Shown here: in pieces, positions 25,644 to 36,166 of the stretch
Position numbering within the stretch: the stretch's first letter is position 1
How the letters are laid out: each line of letters begins with the position of its first letter
DNA from: Vicugna vicugna
Taxonomy: Eukaryota
Direction: 5' to 3'
DNA: 36,166 bases
Assembly (NCBI GenBank): GCA_013265495.1
Contig: MU058844.1
Location: forward strand, 3,419,819 to 3,455,984
Notes under the pieces: generated by a model
What the model was told of the DNA's origin: nothing
Databases searched by the model: none
Seen by the model: the letters and a program-made list of their open reading frames with translations, nothing else
Made by a program: the position numbers and the translations under genes

Positions 25644-27844
25644 GTGCGCTGGCATGCTTTGTGTCGGGGGGTGTGCTGTGCAAAATAATCCTGGTTACAG
25701 CAGGCTGCAGAACTCACAGAGCAGGGGGAAACTGTCTTAGCACAGCAAGCTCAAAGGTGGCAATCAGTATTGCTCTGGCAAGACCTCGTGGAGGCGACTG
25801 TGAAGAACTGTGATTGTACTGCACGTTATGAATGTATTTGATTATGGGCACTAATGTTCTGCCCTAAGTATTTTTGATGTGGTTTATTCAGATTATTAGG
25901 ACATTGTCAGAGAAATACATAGGGCCATAAGAAAAATCTATTGGGATGAATCATTTCAGTTAGAGTGAAACAGTGGCAGTGTTTGTAGTCCTTCACTTTG
26001 AAGATATTCTCACTGCCCAACATCTAACTTCCAGAGCTTCTTACAGAGATGCTGTGTTCTTTAGGAAGTGATGGTTTTTACATCCCATTTTGGACTTACC
26101 TAGTCCTGATGCCAGTTTGCCTTTGCAGAGAGAACATCAGGGTCTTCCAGTTCTTGGTCAGGAGATACAGGTGTCATTTAATGGAAGCTCTATATTAAAA
26201 TGGAAACATCAAAGGCAGTCCTTCCAGCTCTGCTGAGTCAGTGTTTCCTCTGAAGAAGTCATTCTGTTCACCAAAGAGGAACAGTAAGATACTGATACTT
26301 GTCAGAGCAGACGCTGTCCCAAGTTTTACAGAAAGGCTATAATGTAAATGCAAGCTGTCAATTACTCTTCCAGAGTAAATACTTCAAGTTAAAATAGCTC
26401 TTGCATAGAAATTATCTAATTCTAATTCTTGTTCTCAGCCCTGGCTGTGCATTATAATCACCCAGGCAGTTAAGATGTCCAGTTCTTATCTCCAGAGAAT
26501 TCAAGGTCCTGGCATTGGTCTTTTAATACTCTGTTTTGGGTTCAGAGCCAGTAATTAAAATTTTTACCCTTTAGATAACATCTCAGGGCCTTTGGCATTA
26601 AGGGCCACATATGTGGATGTGGGTCCTGACAGACTGTGGGAACGAGCCATGTGAGACCCTGGAGTCAACATAAGATTTGTTCAGTGAAAATCATAGTAAA
26701 ATCACCAGTTTCCACGTTGCAGTGTGGCGCTGGAGGTGACTTCGTACGTATCACACTTCTTTCCTTCAAAGGCAGTTTTTCTCTCCGCGCCAGCTCTGAC
26801 GTCCTCACTGCACTGTCCCAGTGGAGGCTTCTCCCAAACCAGTCTTCCTAGTTTGTCCTCTTCCAGCTCCATGGCCCATTTCACCTTTTCACCTGACTCA
26901 AGGGTAAATGAATTACTATAAACTTTATTGAACTGTTATTTTTTAATGTTGAAAAACTGGGGGGGGGTTGTTTTTTACGTATGAAAATAGTTAAAAGCAG
27001 GCAAAACACACTGCAAAATGGGAACAGTGTGAATCACGGGCAAGTAGCAAGTAAAATTAACATGTTCTAACTCACTTTAATTACAGATGACTGAACATCT
27101 AACTCAGCTGCAGTGTTTATAACTGTACTGAATTATAATTAGAGATAAAGTGAAATTCCATTTAAGATAGTAGCAGTGTTAAAGGTGTTCTAGCAGCAGC
27201 TTCAGCATGTGGAACTGCGATAATGTATATAAAGTATCGGGCAATATGCTTGGCACCCACTAGGCACTCAAGAAGTGGTGGAAAGTATGACCAGCATCGC
27301 TATTAATTTCAATGAGTTATTACCAATATAATAAGGAATACGAAAGCAAAAGCTATTAGATTAAAAAAATCATTAAGACTGATTACCTTCAGCAGCTGAT
27401 GGGGAATCAATTCATTATCTTGAAACTTGTTGACTAAAGTAAGTCTTCATCCTGCCTTTCCTGTATGAACCCTACTACCAGGTAACCAAATAATGTATGA
27501 GGGAGGTGTCTTACTTATAAGTTATCCCAACTAGAATATCAGTGGCAATCTCCGGGATCGATAGGTCTAGGCACTGAGTAGTTACTCACATCACAAAAAA
27601 ACAATCAAACATTGTGCCATCTGATAAAGCAATATACTTACCAAGGGATCCAGCCTGAGTCTCAAACCTCTGAATCCAGCTTCCAACTTACAGAGGCTAG
27701 AAGAACAGACTAAGCTGCATCTGGTGTACCATAATCCTTAAAGTCCAGACTAGTAGACTCTGTACAGGTCAAATGGCCTGAACCTGTCAACAAATTAGAA
27801 AATAGAGGGAGAGGGTGGGGATCTGTAGAGTAAAAGACTATAAA

Positions 27845-28080
27845 TGACATATCAGATCTTAAAAATGGGTAAGACAAAGCTATAGCATCTAAGGGTGCAC
27901 ACTTAACCATAAAGACATGCAGAAAAGGGATGACTACAGCAGGCAGGACCGTGGCCGTCATGTCTAGTTCTTGACCTGCGTGCTGGTCATAAGAGTGTTT
28001 TTCTTGTGATAATTCATTAAGTGACACATTTTTTGCACAACTTCCCAAATCTATTTTATAGTAAAAAGTTTTTTTGAAAA
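27845..28080 (+). mobile_element. Ancient L1M 3' UTR fragment
   Basis: agacaaagctatagcatctaagggtgcacactta...tcttgacctg...gataattcattaag motifs. Confidence 0.5.
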
Positions 28081-28696
28081 AGATTGAAGATGCAGTAGTC
28101 AATATCACAAAAATTAGATTTCCCAAATTTAAAAGAAGTCATTCATATACGTGTGTCAAGTAGTCACATACTTACTTAGGAGCCAAGGGCGTTAGGATAG
28201 CTGAGGTTCATCAAGTCCCACGTGCCAGGCATTTGCGTAAGCAGTTTACATGCTGTATTTCAGTCTTCCTGGCACCTCTGTGAGGTGCTGTTGTCGTCTT
28301 CTGGGTGCAGAAATGGGTGCCAATCATATTTTCAAAGTAAACTAGGTATCTAGTCTGGGATAATTAACATAGGTATGGTCCATCGTGGACTGACAGGATG
28401 GCCAGTGATGCCGTTTAAGTAGCACCTGGGCCAGGTATGTGGCATTCCCTCCCCACCGCACCCCCGCACCCCCGGTCACGTGCAGCCTCTTCCCTGGCGT
28501 TGATGCTCTAGGTCAGACGTGAGAATTGTCTTCAGAGTCTTGATCGTTTATTCCTTTTTCCTCAAATGCATCAGTGTTTTTCCTTTTCCTGCTCAACAGC
28601 ACCTCGCCCCGTGTAGGCCGAGGAAGGAGGAGGGCAGGTTCTGGGGCTCACGACTGAGTTAACCTCCTAGCAAAAGGGTGGGCATTCCAGTTCTGA

Positions 28697-28882
<186 letters not shown>

Positions 28883-30335
28883 GAAGAAAAGTACGAGCAG
28901 GGGCATGAGAAATGAACACATGTGCGCACACGCAGGAAGGTAGTGCGAGATGCTTCATGCAACACAACCATGTGCTAAACGTCATGGCAATATCTAGCCA
29001 TGATATTTGATTTCAGATACTTTGATTTCAGTATCAAAGGACGAAAGGCAGAAAAGGCATAATAAAGGCCTAAACACACAAGTCAATGTCGAGGACTAAT
29101 TCAAACCATTACTATTTATGATTGCAGTAATAAAGTGATAAATATTCAAATGGCTCTATATTTTCCCCCATATTATTTTCAATGTCAGTTTCCTGGTACA
29201 AAGGTAACCAAATCTCTGGATTTTGTTGTTATTTCAAATTGACCATGTTCAGGCAATTCCTTAAAACAACTAGTGTATTTCTTTAATAAACAATACCCTT
29301 GGGGTTCTGAAATAATTCATTTGCCTCTAAAACAGCATTTTATATGCAGAGAATGAGTTCATGATCTGACTTGCATTTCTTTCAGTTTAAAAAAAATTAC
29401 TCTTTCTTACCTGTGCCTTAAAAAGACGATCTCATGATACTCCCAAACCACAAAATTTCCACAGCAAGAATACACTTACCTTAATTAGCAGCAGCATATG
29501 GGACATAGGCAGTGGGTTTTGATATAATTTACTGTATACATCATTTATCTTTTGACCAACCTGAAAGGAAACCAAGAGTTAGAAATATGTGAAGTGCACC
29601 CATCTTCTTTTGTAGATGAATGCACTGAATGGTCTGGGTTGAATCCAAACCTGTGATCCCAGTTTACAAAGACCAAGCATGATTTCAGAATCCCCAAAGC
29701 CCAGAACAATGCAACAGCAGTATTTAACGACATACATACGTGTATGTTCACGTGCTTCAGAAGTGGACAGGGCGGTTTTGGTAGCTGAATAGAAGTACTT
29801 TAAAAAAAAATTTCCATCGTTATCTTCCTTTTTTTTTTAATTGTGATTTGAAACAAAATGAAAATGAGCTGAACATTCTAAAAGATCTTGGTTACAAATT
29901 AAGAATTTTGTTATAAAGAGATTAAATTGAAGAAAAATGAATTTAGTTTGCATTTCTGTTAACCTGTATCAAGAACAGAGAAGGTGGGAGAAAGCTGTCC
30001 ACATTAATGATGCCTGAAGGCATATCATGGGGAATTTACTGTCTATGTTTTGGAAAAGAAACCGTGAAGTCTTGTTTATATACGAGTATATATTTAGAAA
30101 TCTTTCTCAAAGCAGTTTTCAGTTGTATTTATGAGGTGGTTTTGTTTATCATCTCGTGTTTTTCAAGTGCCTTTTATATGATACTAAGTGTGAACTTCTA
30201 GACAGTTTCAAGAGTTTATAAAGACCAAGTGGCATTGTATTTTATAACCTCATTGAGAAGACTATGAAATGTCATACTGATTTGTTTACTCTTTTTATAT
30301 GCTTCAAACAATAAAGGCATTTTACCTTTAAAGAA
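28883..30335 (+). other. POC1B: POC1B 3' UTR (end approximate)
   Basis: AT-rich, repeat-poor sequence after the stop. AATAAA at 30310-30315 is followed by a GT/T-rich downstream element (gttgtttcttttt), and repeats resume at ~30390. Confidence 0.7.
30310..30315 (+). terminator. Probable main (distal) polyadenylation signal AATAAA
   Basis: Canonical hexamer with TGTA upstream (~30236) and a GT/T-rich element ~25-35 nt downstream. Confidence 0.65.
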
Positions 30336-30389
30336 AGTTGTTTCTTTTTAAACGATTAAAATTTGGAAATACTAAGCTTACCATCTGGG

Positions 30390-30570
30390 TCACTCAACTT
30401 TAAAACATTCATAACAATCTCCTGGAGAACTTGTCAAAACAGTTTCCTGGGCCCTATCCCTGGGGCTTGTGACTCACCAGGTCTGGTGGCGCCCAGGAAT
30501 TTGCACCATTACCAAGCTCACAGGAGGTCTGATGCCCCTGGCCTCGGGCCCACACTTCAGAAACCCCTGA
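30390..30570. mobile_element. MER5A-like DNA transposon
   Basis: aatctcctggagaacttgtcaaaacag...cccaggaatttgca...cccacacttcagaaacccctg. Confidence 0.7.
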
Positions 30571-30879
30571 CTAGCTCTAGCCACTTCCTGCAACACAGTG
30601 TGACCACACGCTTTCCCAGTCACAGACCTTCGTAAGTGATAGAAAAACAGCAACGACATAAGTTTAAATGCTTAGACAGTTTTTCAAAAGGGTTATTTTA
30701 GAATCCCCCCAACACACACCTTGTTTTTAAGCTTTGGAGGATTCGTCATCAGAGTCCAGCCTCTCATCTGTCCTAGCTTGTGTGTTTACAGCTCCACCCG
30801 GAAGATGTGGAAGGCAGTTTCTGAACATGTCCCAAACCAAACTCTGCTGTGCCCCGCCCCCCAACCACCACCCACCAGT

Positions 30880-31608
30880 CACCCTCCCCAGGCCGTCCCA
30901 CCTCCATGAGTGGCAACTCTCCTTCGAGGCATTCAGACCTGAAGCCCTCAGTCATCCTTGATTCCTCTGTCTCACACTCCACGGTCCATCGCTTCAGCAA
31001 ATCTTATGAGAATGTCTGGCTTACCTGGTTATTCCTCACACCTCCACCAGCCACCGGGGCCCAAGCCACCATCGTCCCTTACCTGGATGACTGCAGTGAC
31101 ACCCTTGCACAGCAGGTCAGAGTGGTTCTTGAAAAGCCTGAACTAGAACATGTGGCTCTTCAGCTCAGAAGCTTTCAGGGCTCCCCATCTTACTTGGGCT
31201 AAAAGCCCCAGACTGGACAGTAGTGACGTGCTCCTCTCCCTCCCGGGTCACCCTTACTCACCGCCCTCTGGCCACAGTGGCCTCTTTGCTTCCCTGAAGA
31301 AGCAAAACAGCTCCCACCTGAGGGCATCCGTACTTGCCATTTCCTCTGCCTGGAACTCTGTCCCCAGGGATCCCTCATAACATTCCAGCCCTGCTCACAT
31401 GTTGCCTTTCCCAAGGTGCTCTTCCTAACCACCCTTACGAAATGGTGCCCTCCATCCACTCCCTGCGTATCTTTGGTACGACACAGACTGCAACACAGTT
31501 CCATTCTACCCCTTCCACTGTGAGCTGACCTTCTCAAAAAGCCAGCTCTGTCATTAGACTCCCCACCTAGCACAGTGCCTCATTCATAGGAGGAGCTCAG
31601 CAGATAGG
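30880..31608 (+). mobile_element. LINE-2 3' portion
   Basis: agtcatccttgattcctctgtctc, ccaagccaccatc, ttcctctgcctggaac, cacctagcacagtgcct. Confidence 0.75.
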
Positions 31609-32040
31609 TGTGAACTGAAAAAAAAATGCACAACCTAAAATCTGAGAATAATGTTTCATTCAGCAGACTTACTGAGGACTTAAGCCCACAAACTTTCAGC
31701 TCTGAGGGACTGTTTCTGAAGAGGTAAGACAGGAGCCAGGATACATAGGAGTTTTTGAAAGAAAAACAAAAACAGGTTGTCAGAACATCAAAAGATTACT
31801 GTTAAAGAAAACCAGACATCGAGTTAATGAATCTAGCACTCTTCTATGTATGGGAAGATGCAAGAGTCTGAGCTTATTAAAATCATTCCTTTGATGTGCA
31901 CCTCATCTAGGGCCAGTATCCTCTTTTTTTCCATCCTGAATCTCCTCGGGGTACTGTCGGGGGCCTCTGCAGTGGCTTTTGGCTTGATGGCCACAACATC
32001 CTTTGTTTACTGAAATAGCAGGCAGCATTCTTGATCTATG
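31609..32040 (-). mobile_element. ERV1-class LTR (3' LTR of a minus-strand element)
   Basis: actgaaaaaaaaatgcacaacctaaaa...ctgaggacttaagccc resembles laurasiatherian ERV1 LTRs. The adjacent ccacttcctctt (32041-32052) reads as a polypurine tract on the minus strand. Confidence 0.65.
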
Positions 32041-34799
32041 CCACTTCCTCTTGGTCATAAATTCAACCAACATTTGGAGGCATTTCATGACCAAATGTGT
32101 CCCACAGCACTAGGAAGGCTCATTCCTAGATCAGGTGAAGATTCTGTTGACAGGCCACTCACTGTGCCGATTCTTTTTGATTAGGCCCTACTGATAATCT
32201 AAAATTCTCCAGATCGACTGTCTTACCAGTCAGTTACGATCCAGGAAATGTTTTCCTTTGTTGCTTCTTCCCATATTTAGGGTTGCACGATTACTATTAT
32301 TTTGTGTAGTTATATATATGATCAGTTGCCTCAAGACTTTTAGCCAGCATTAATTTTGTCAGAGGCCTGGTTACACACTGGGTAATGCAACAGACAATCT
32401 TACAAAATAGACAGGATTTAAGTAACAGAGCTAGTAGCGTTAAGTCATAGTACAGAGGAGAGACACAAGGCATAAATAATTTGAAAACAACAACAAATTG
32501 AAACAATGACCAGTATAACGGGTTATAATCTGATCACAATAAACCATCAAGTCCACAGGAGAGCCAGCCAGAGAAGCCAGATTCTGGAAGGATCAGGGAG
32601 AGAGGAAAAGATAAATGTTTCATCTTCATTTATAAAGGCATACTTCATCAATTTGTTGTAGGTCATAATTAAGAGAAAAGGTTTTCTGGAAAACAAAGAT
32701 TAACAGCCAACATATTTCAGGAAAAAAAAAGTCATAAAATTATCACATTTATCACTTCATTCAGACCCATGGAATTAATTCCTATTGATCTGGATGAAGT
32801 CATCAGATTTTTTTCATTAGAGTTTTGTCATTTGTAACCTAGGTCAGTGGTGTGATACGAGCTATCAAACTTAAAATGTCAAAAAGTCCTTTTTATGAAT
32901 CTTCATGAAGATCTTCATTTCATAAAAGCATCAGAGTAAAACCATGATCGTTTGTAAATACCAAAAGACTTCAAGTGGCACAGAGATCTGATGACAATGC
33001 CACTGACAAGAAACTTCGATATTTCTGTGTCATACAACATTTTAAGATAATAACCAGAATTATGACTGATAACATACTAGGACATATCAGAGTTTTAGGA
33101 ATTCCATATAAATTTTGGAATATCTATATTAATGACATTTACCCGTACCATATAATCGAACATTTATCTTCAATCGCTTGACAACACTTCAAGTACTTGA
33201 ACAAGTGAAATAAACCTCACTAGTTTAATATTCCTCTGAGATGCCTCAGGGTTCCTTTGAAGCATCCCAGAGTTAGCTGAAGGTCAAAAGAACTTCAGTT
33301 AGAATTTGATATTTGGAAGTTTGTCGAAAATATCAAAAAGGTTTCAAAACACTTAGTCAGATAGGATCATAGGTCATTGTGAAACAATACTTATTCACTT
33401 AAAGTGACAAAAGACTTCAAAAGCAAATACAGATCACTTAAATGTAAAGAAAGAATCAAAAGCAGTATTCCAAGAAAACTTTGTTCTCTTAACAGAGAAG
33501 GAACTGAATCCCGTCCTGCACCAGTTTATTTTTAATAACAAAATCAATTTACCTGATTAAATTTCATCTAATCCAAGCCTGACCGTGCACAAAACTCCTT
33601 TATCGGGGGCTCCCTTTCCATAAACCTTTCTGTATCCATATTAGTTTGCCCCTTATTTTTCAACTCAGAAACAACCAACTAGGACCAAAAAAAAAAAAAA
33701 AAATCACTCTTTCTGCTTAAAAAATATCTATTTCCATTCCTCATACCTTCTTTTGCTGAAAACACACATCCTATTTTCCTTGCATATTGAAATGTCTCCT
33801 CTGTTATTTTGAGTAGCTTTAATTACATATTATAATCTTAACTCTTAAAAACCTTAATCATCTCTAGTGAAAACCAACAAGCAACAAGTGATTATAAACT
33901 GTTTGTTCCAGCATTTCCTGATTGGAATAACCATTGAGAAACTTACAACATGTCATAGCATACTTTTCCTTCCTCATTTTGGTATGTGTCTAATAAACCC
34001 AAACATCTTTAGTTTCCCTCTTGTAAGGCAACAAAGGTAGATGAATTCAGACCTGTTTAGCAATTAGTGTTCCAGTATTTTATCTTATTTGAAATGAAAT
34101 GGACATACAGTGAAGTCCCTTCATTTAACTCAGCAAAACTCAAGTTACCAAAAGTCTGGAGAAACTATTTTAGATAACATACCTAAAAGTAATCATTCCT
34201 AACGCGTTCACCTGAAAACCCATCATTTACTTTTATAAAACATGAAAATATACCCACTTCCTTTCTTGTTGACAAACTGCAACAGGAATAACATGAACTT
34301 ACTGACCTTCAGTAAACCACAAGCTTAAGCTAGCTTTAATGCCAGATATTAACTTAATGTTGAATATTTCTTAGAGCACATGAACTTGAAATTCATCCTG
34401 GCCAGTTTCTTTTATATTTAAAAATATTTAATTTGTAAGTGTTTACTTCTAAGTCAATTAAAAGAGATCTTTTATAAATGTAATTTTGACTATTTTCTGG
34501 AGGTAGAGTCATATGTATAATATACACATAGACATATAAATAGACACAACTAGAGATCCCATAACTTCACTTTAACACTTAGATACGAATCAGATACACA
34601 ATATAAACTTGTCAGCTTATAAATAACTGTTGGAATAAATTACATTTATTTGCTCAAATGACTAAGGCTTTAACTCTTTGTGGAAAAGACAACAATTTCA
34701 TCTGGCCTTTATGGAAAACTTTAAGGAAGCTAGGAATTAGATTTTAGGTGAGGGAGTTTCTCCACCTGAGTTTTGAGTTTAAAAGGGCCACCTCCCCCC

Positions 34800-34813
34800 N
34801 NNNNNNNNNNNNN
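34800..34813. other. Assembly gap (14 N) within a poly-C run
   Basis: Read directly, flanked by C homopolymers. Confidence 0.98.
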
Positions 34814-35078
34814 NCCCCCCCCCCGCTCTATTTCAGATTCCAATTGAACTAATTAGGCTCAGTCTCAGGTCATTGTGGGCTATATTTAGATTTCTGATTT
34901 GTAGAGATTTGCAAGACAAAGATAGTTGCTTTTAATTCATCAAAGAACTGGTCTGCTGCCTAAATGATAATTAAAAGATTGATTTGCCCAACTACATTTT
35001 CTTTATTTTTTATATCAGTGAGAAGATTTCCAATTAAACTGAAATTCAAGAGTTCCACGTTCTAGAGCTTCAGGTTTT

Positions 35079-35228
35079 TTTTTGTTAATTTTTTTGTTGT
35101 TTATTGATTGTTGTTGTTGGGGGGGTAATTAGGTTTACTTCTTTTTTTTTTAGAAGGAGGTACAGGGGATTGAACCCAGGACCTCATGCATGCTAAGCAG
35201 GCACTCTATTAATTGAGCTATACCCCCC
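35079..35228 (-). mobile_element. tRNA-derived SINE (vic-1-like) nested in the ERV internal region
   Basis: ggggattgaacccaggacctcatgcatgctaagcaggcactcta...tgagctatacccccc. Degenerate TSD tctaga..ttcagg.ttt at 35061-35078 and 35231-35248. Confidence 0.85.
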
Positions 35229-35479
35229 TCTCTAGAATTTCAGGGTTTAAGTCACCAAGTCTTCAAAGCTTACACAAGACATCCAACAAAGGCCCTCTTT
35301 CTGAGTGCACAGGTTAGACCCAGGGCAAAGGTTCTATTATTTGTTTTTTATTAGCTCTGAATATTAGCTTCCAGTTTTTAATTTATATTGTACAGGCTCA
35401 GGTAACCCTATTAGTTTCCTTTAGTATGTTTAATTATTGTTTCCTGAGGAGCAGATCCAAATGTCCCGTCTTGTAATAC

Positions 35480-35597
35480 TGTTAGGGAGTTTAGATAGAA
35501 ATGAACACGGGGCAGGGGGAGAGGAAAGGGAAAGGAACCATCCAGAACACAAGGAACCTGAGCTGTCAATTAACCAGGGCGCAGGGAACCTGAGTTG

Positions 35598-35628
<31 letters not shown>

Positions 35629-35847
35629 CAAAACCAGGATAAAAAACAGGAAAAATGAGGGAATGGCGCCATTTTTCCTCTCCTGGATTGGCCCGCTCCC
35701 AATCCTCAGGAGTGGACTATCTTTCACTGTTTTTTTTTAATTCACTAATAAAAATCTTGCTTATATCACACTTTTTGAAAAATTATTTTTATTTTCAGGT
35801 GACTAAGAACTGAGGTAATAATTCTTATTTCCCCTTTCCTGGTAACA
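35480..35847 (+). mobile_element. LTR (368 bp), probably the 5' LTR of a second ERV
   Basis: TGTTA...TAACA inverted termini, U3 direct repeats, TATA-like gataaaaaa (~35638) and AATAAA (~35747). Followed within 8 nt by a PBS-like sequence. Confidence 0.7.
35598..35628. repeat. (TCAA)7 tetranucleotide microsatellite inside the LTR
   Basis: Read directly: seven TCAA units plus TCA. Confidence 0.92.
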
Positions 35848-35854
35848 CTGGTTT

Positions 35855-35872
35855 CGGTGTCATGACTCGGAC
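35855..35872 (+). other. Degenerate tRNA-His primer-binding site
   Basis: cggtgtcatgactcggac matches TGGTGCCGTGACTCGGAT (complement of the tRNA-His 3' end) at 14/18, at the expected position after the LTR. Confidence 0.65.
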
Positions 35873-35909
35873 TGCGTGCTTCAACCTAATCTTTCCTCCT
35901 CCATCTCCC

Positions 35910-36166
35910 TCTCGCTCCCCGAGGCCAGCGGAGCACAGGCTCCTGGGGCCGGGCTGTGGAGGCTGGAGCGAGGACAGGGCGCGGGGCTCCCAGCGGTGCT
36001 GGGCCGGCCAAGCAGCGAGCGGCCCGTCTGGGGCCGCGCGCCGCCCTCCCACGCCCGCCCCGCCAGCCTCGCCCGCCTGGCCCGCCTGGAGCGGGGCTCC
36101 AGGGGCAGCTAACCGGGCTTACTCCAGAACCGCGGTAAACGCGTCACTTCCGGCCCTTACGCTGGA
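35910..36166. promoter_or_regulatory. CpG island / promoter-like region, truncated by the window end
   Basis: Very GC- and CpG-rich. GC boxes at 36041-36064 and an ETS-CRE composite CGTCACTTCCGG at 36142-36153. Confidence 0.7.

Larger units (their letters stand above)
32041..35479 (-). mobile_element. Non-coding ERV1 internal region (MER4-group-like, non-autonomous)
   Basis: AT-rich with no gag/pol/env ORF. The motif attatgactgataacatactaggacatatcagagttttaggaattccatataaattttggaa recalls MER4-group internal sequences. Contains a SINE and an N gap. Confidence 0.6.

Noticed and set aside
25428..25688. 86-aa ORF as a stand-alone gene
   Set aside because: The ATG is internal to a POC1B exon, and the tail after 25643 is intron read-through.
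25169..25717. 182-aa minus-strand ORF, the longest in the track
   Set aside because: It is the antisense shadow of the POC1B exon, runs through an (AT)n repeat and L1 sequence, and has no recognisable domain.
35825..36138. Short ORFs across the CpG island
   Set aside because: Low-complexity Pro/Ala/Gly/Arg frames typical of GC-rich DNA, with no gag-like or other recognisable homology.

Overview
Mammalian genomic DNA, most likely a camelid (two tRNA-derived SINEs resemble the camelid vic-1 family). It is not prokaryotic, and nearly all ORFs in the supplied track are chance or repeat-derived. The window holds the 3' end of POC1B on the + strand: a long intron (1-25424), the penultimate coding exon (25425-25643), the last coding exon (28781-28882) and a ~1.45 kb 3' UTR with several AATAAA signals. 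The rest is mostly transposon debris (L2, MIR, L1, MLT1, MER5, MADE2) plus a few motif-dense patches that may be enhancers. Downstream of the gene lies a minus-strand non-coding ERV1-class element. It is cut off by an opposite-orientation LTR with a tRNA-His-like primer-binding site, which runs into a CpG island bearing an ETS-CRE promoter motif at the window edge. The most unusual items are this LTR/PBS/CpG-island junction and a tiny L1 insertion showing both a twin-priming inversion and an apparent 3' transduction. I see no firm evidence of a new biological system. Repeat family names come from memory of consensus sequences and were not searched, and boundaries without a TSD are approximate.
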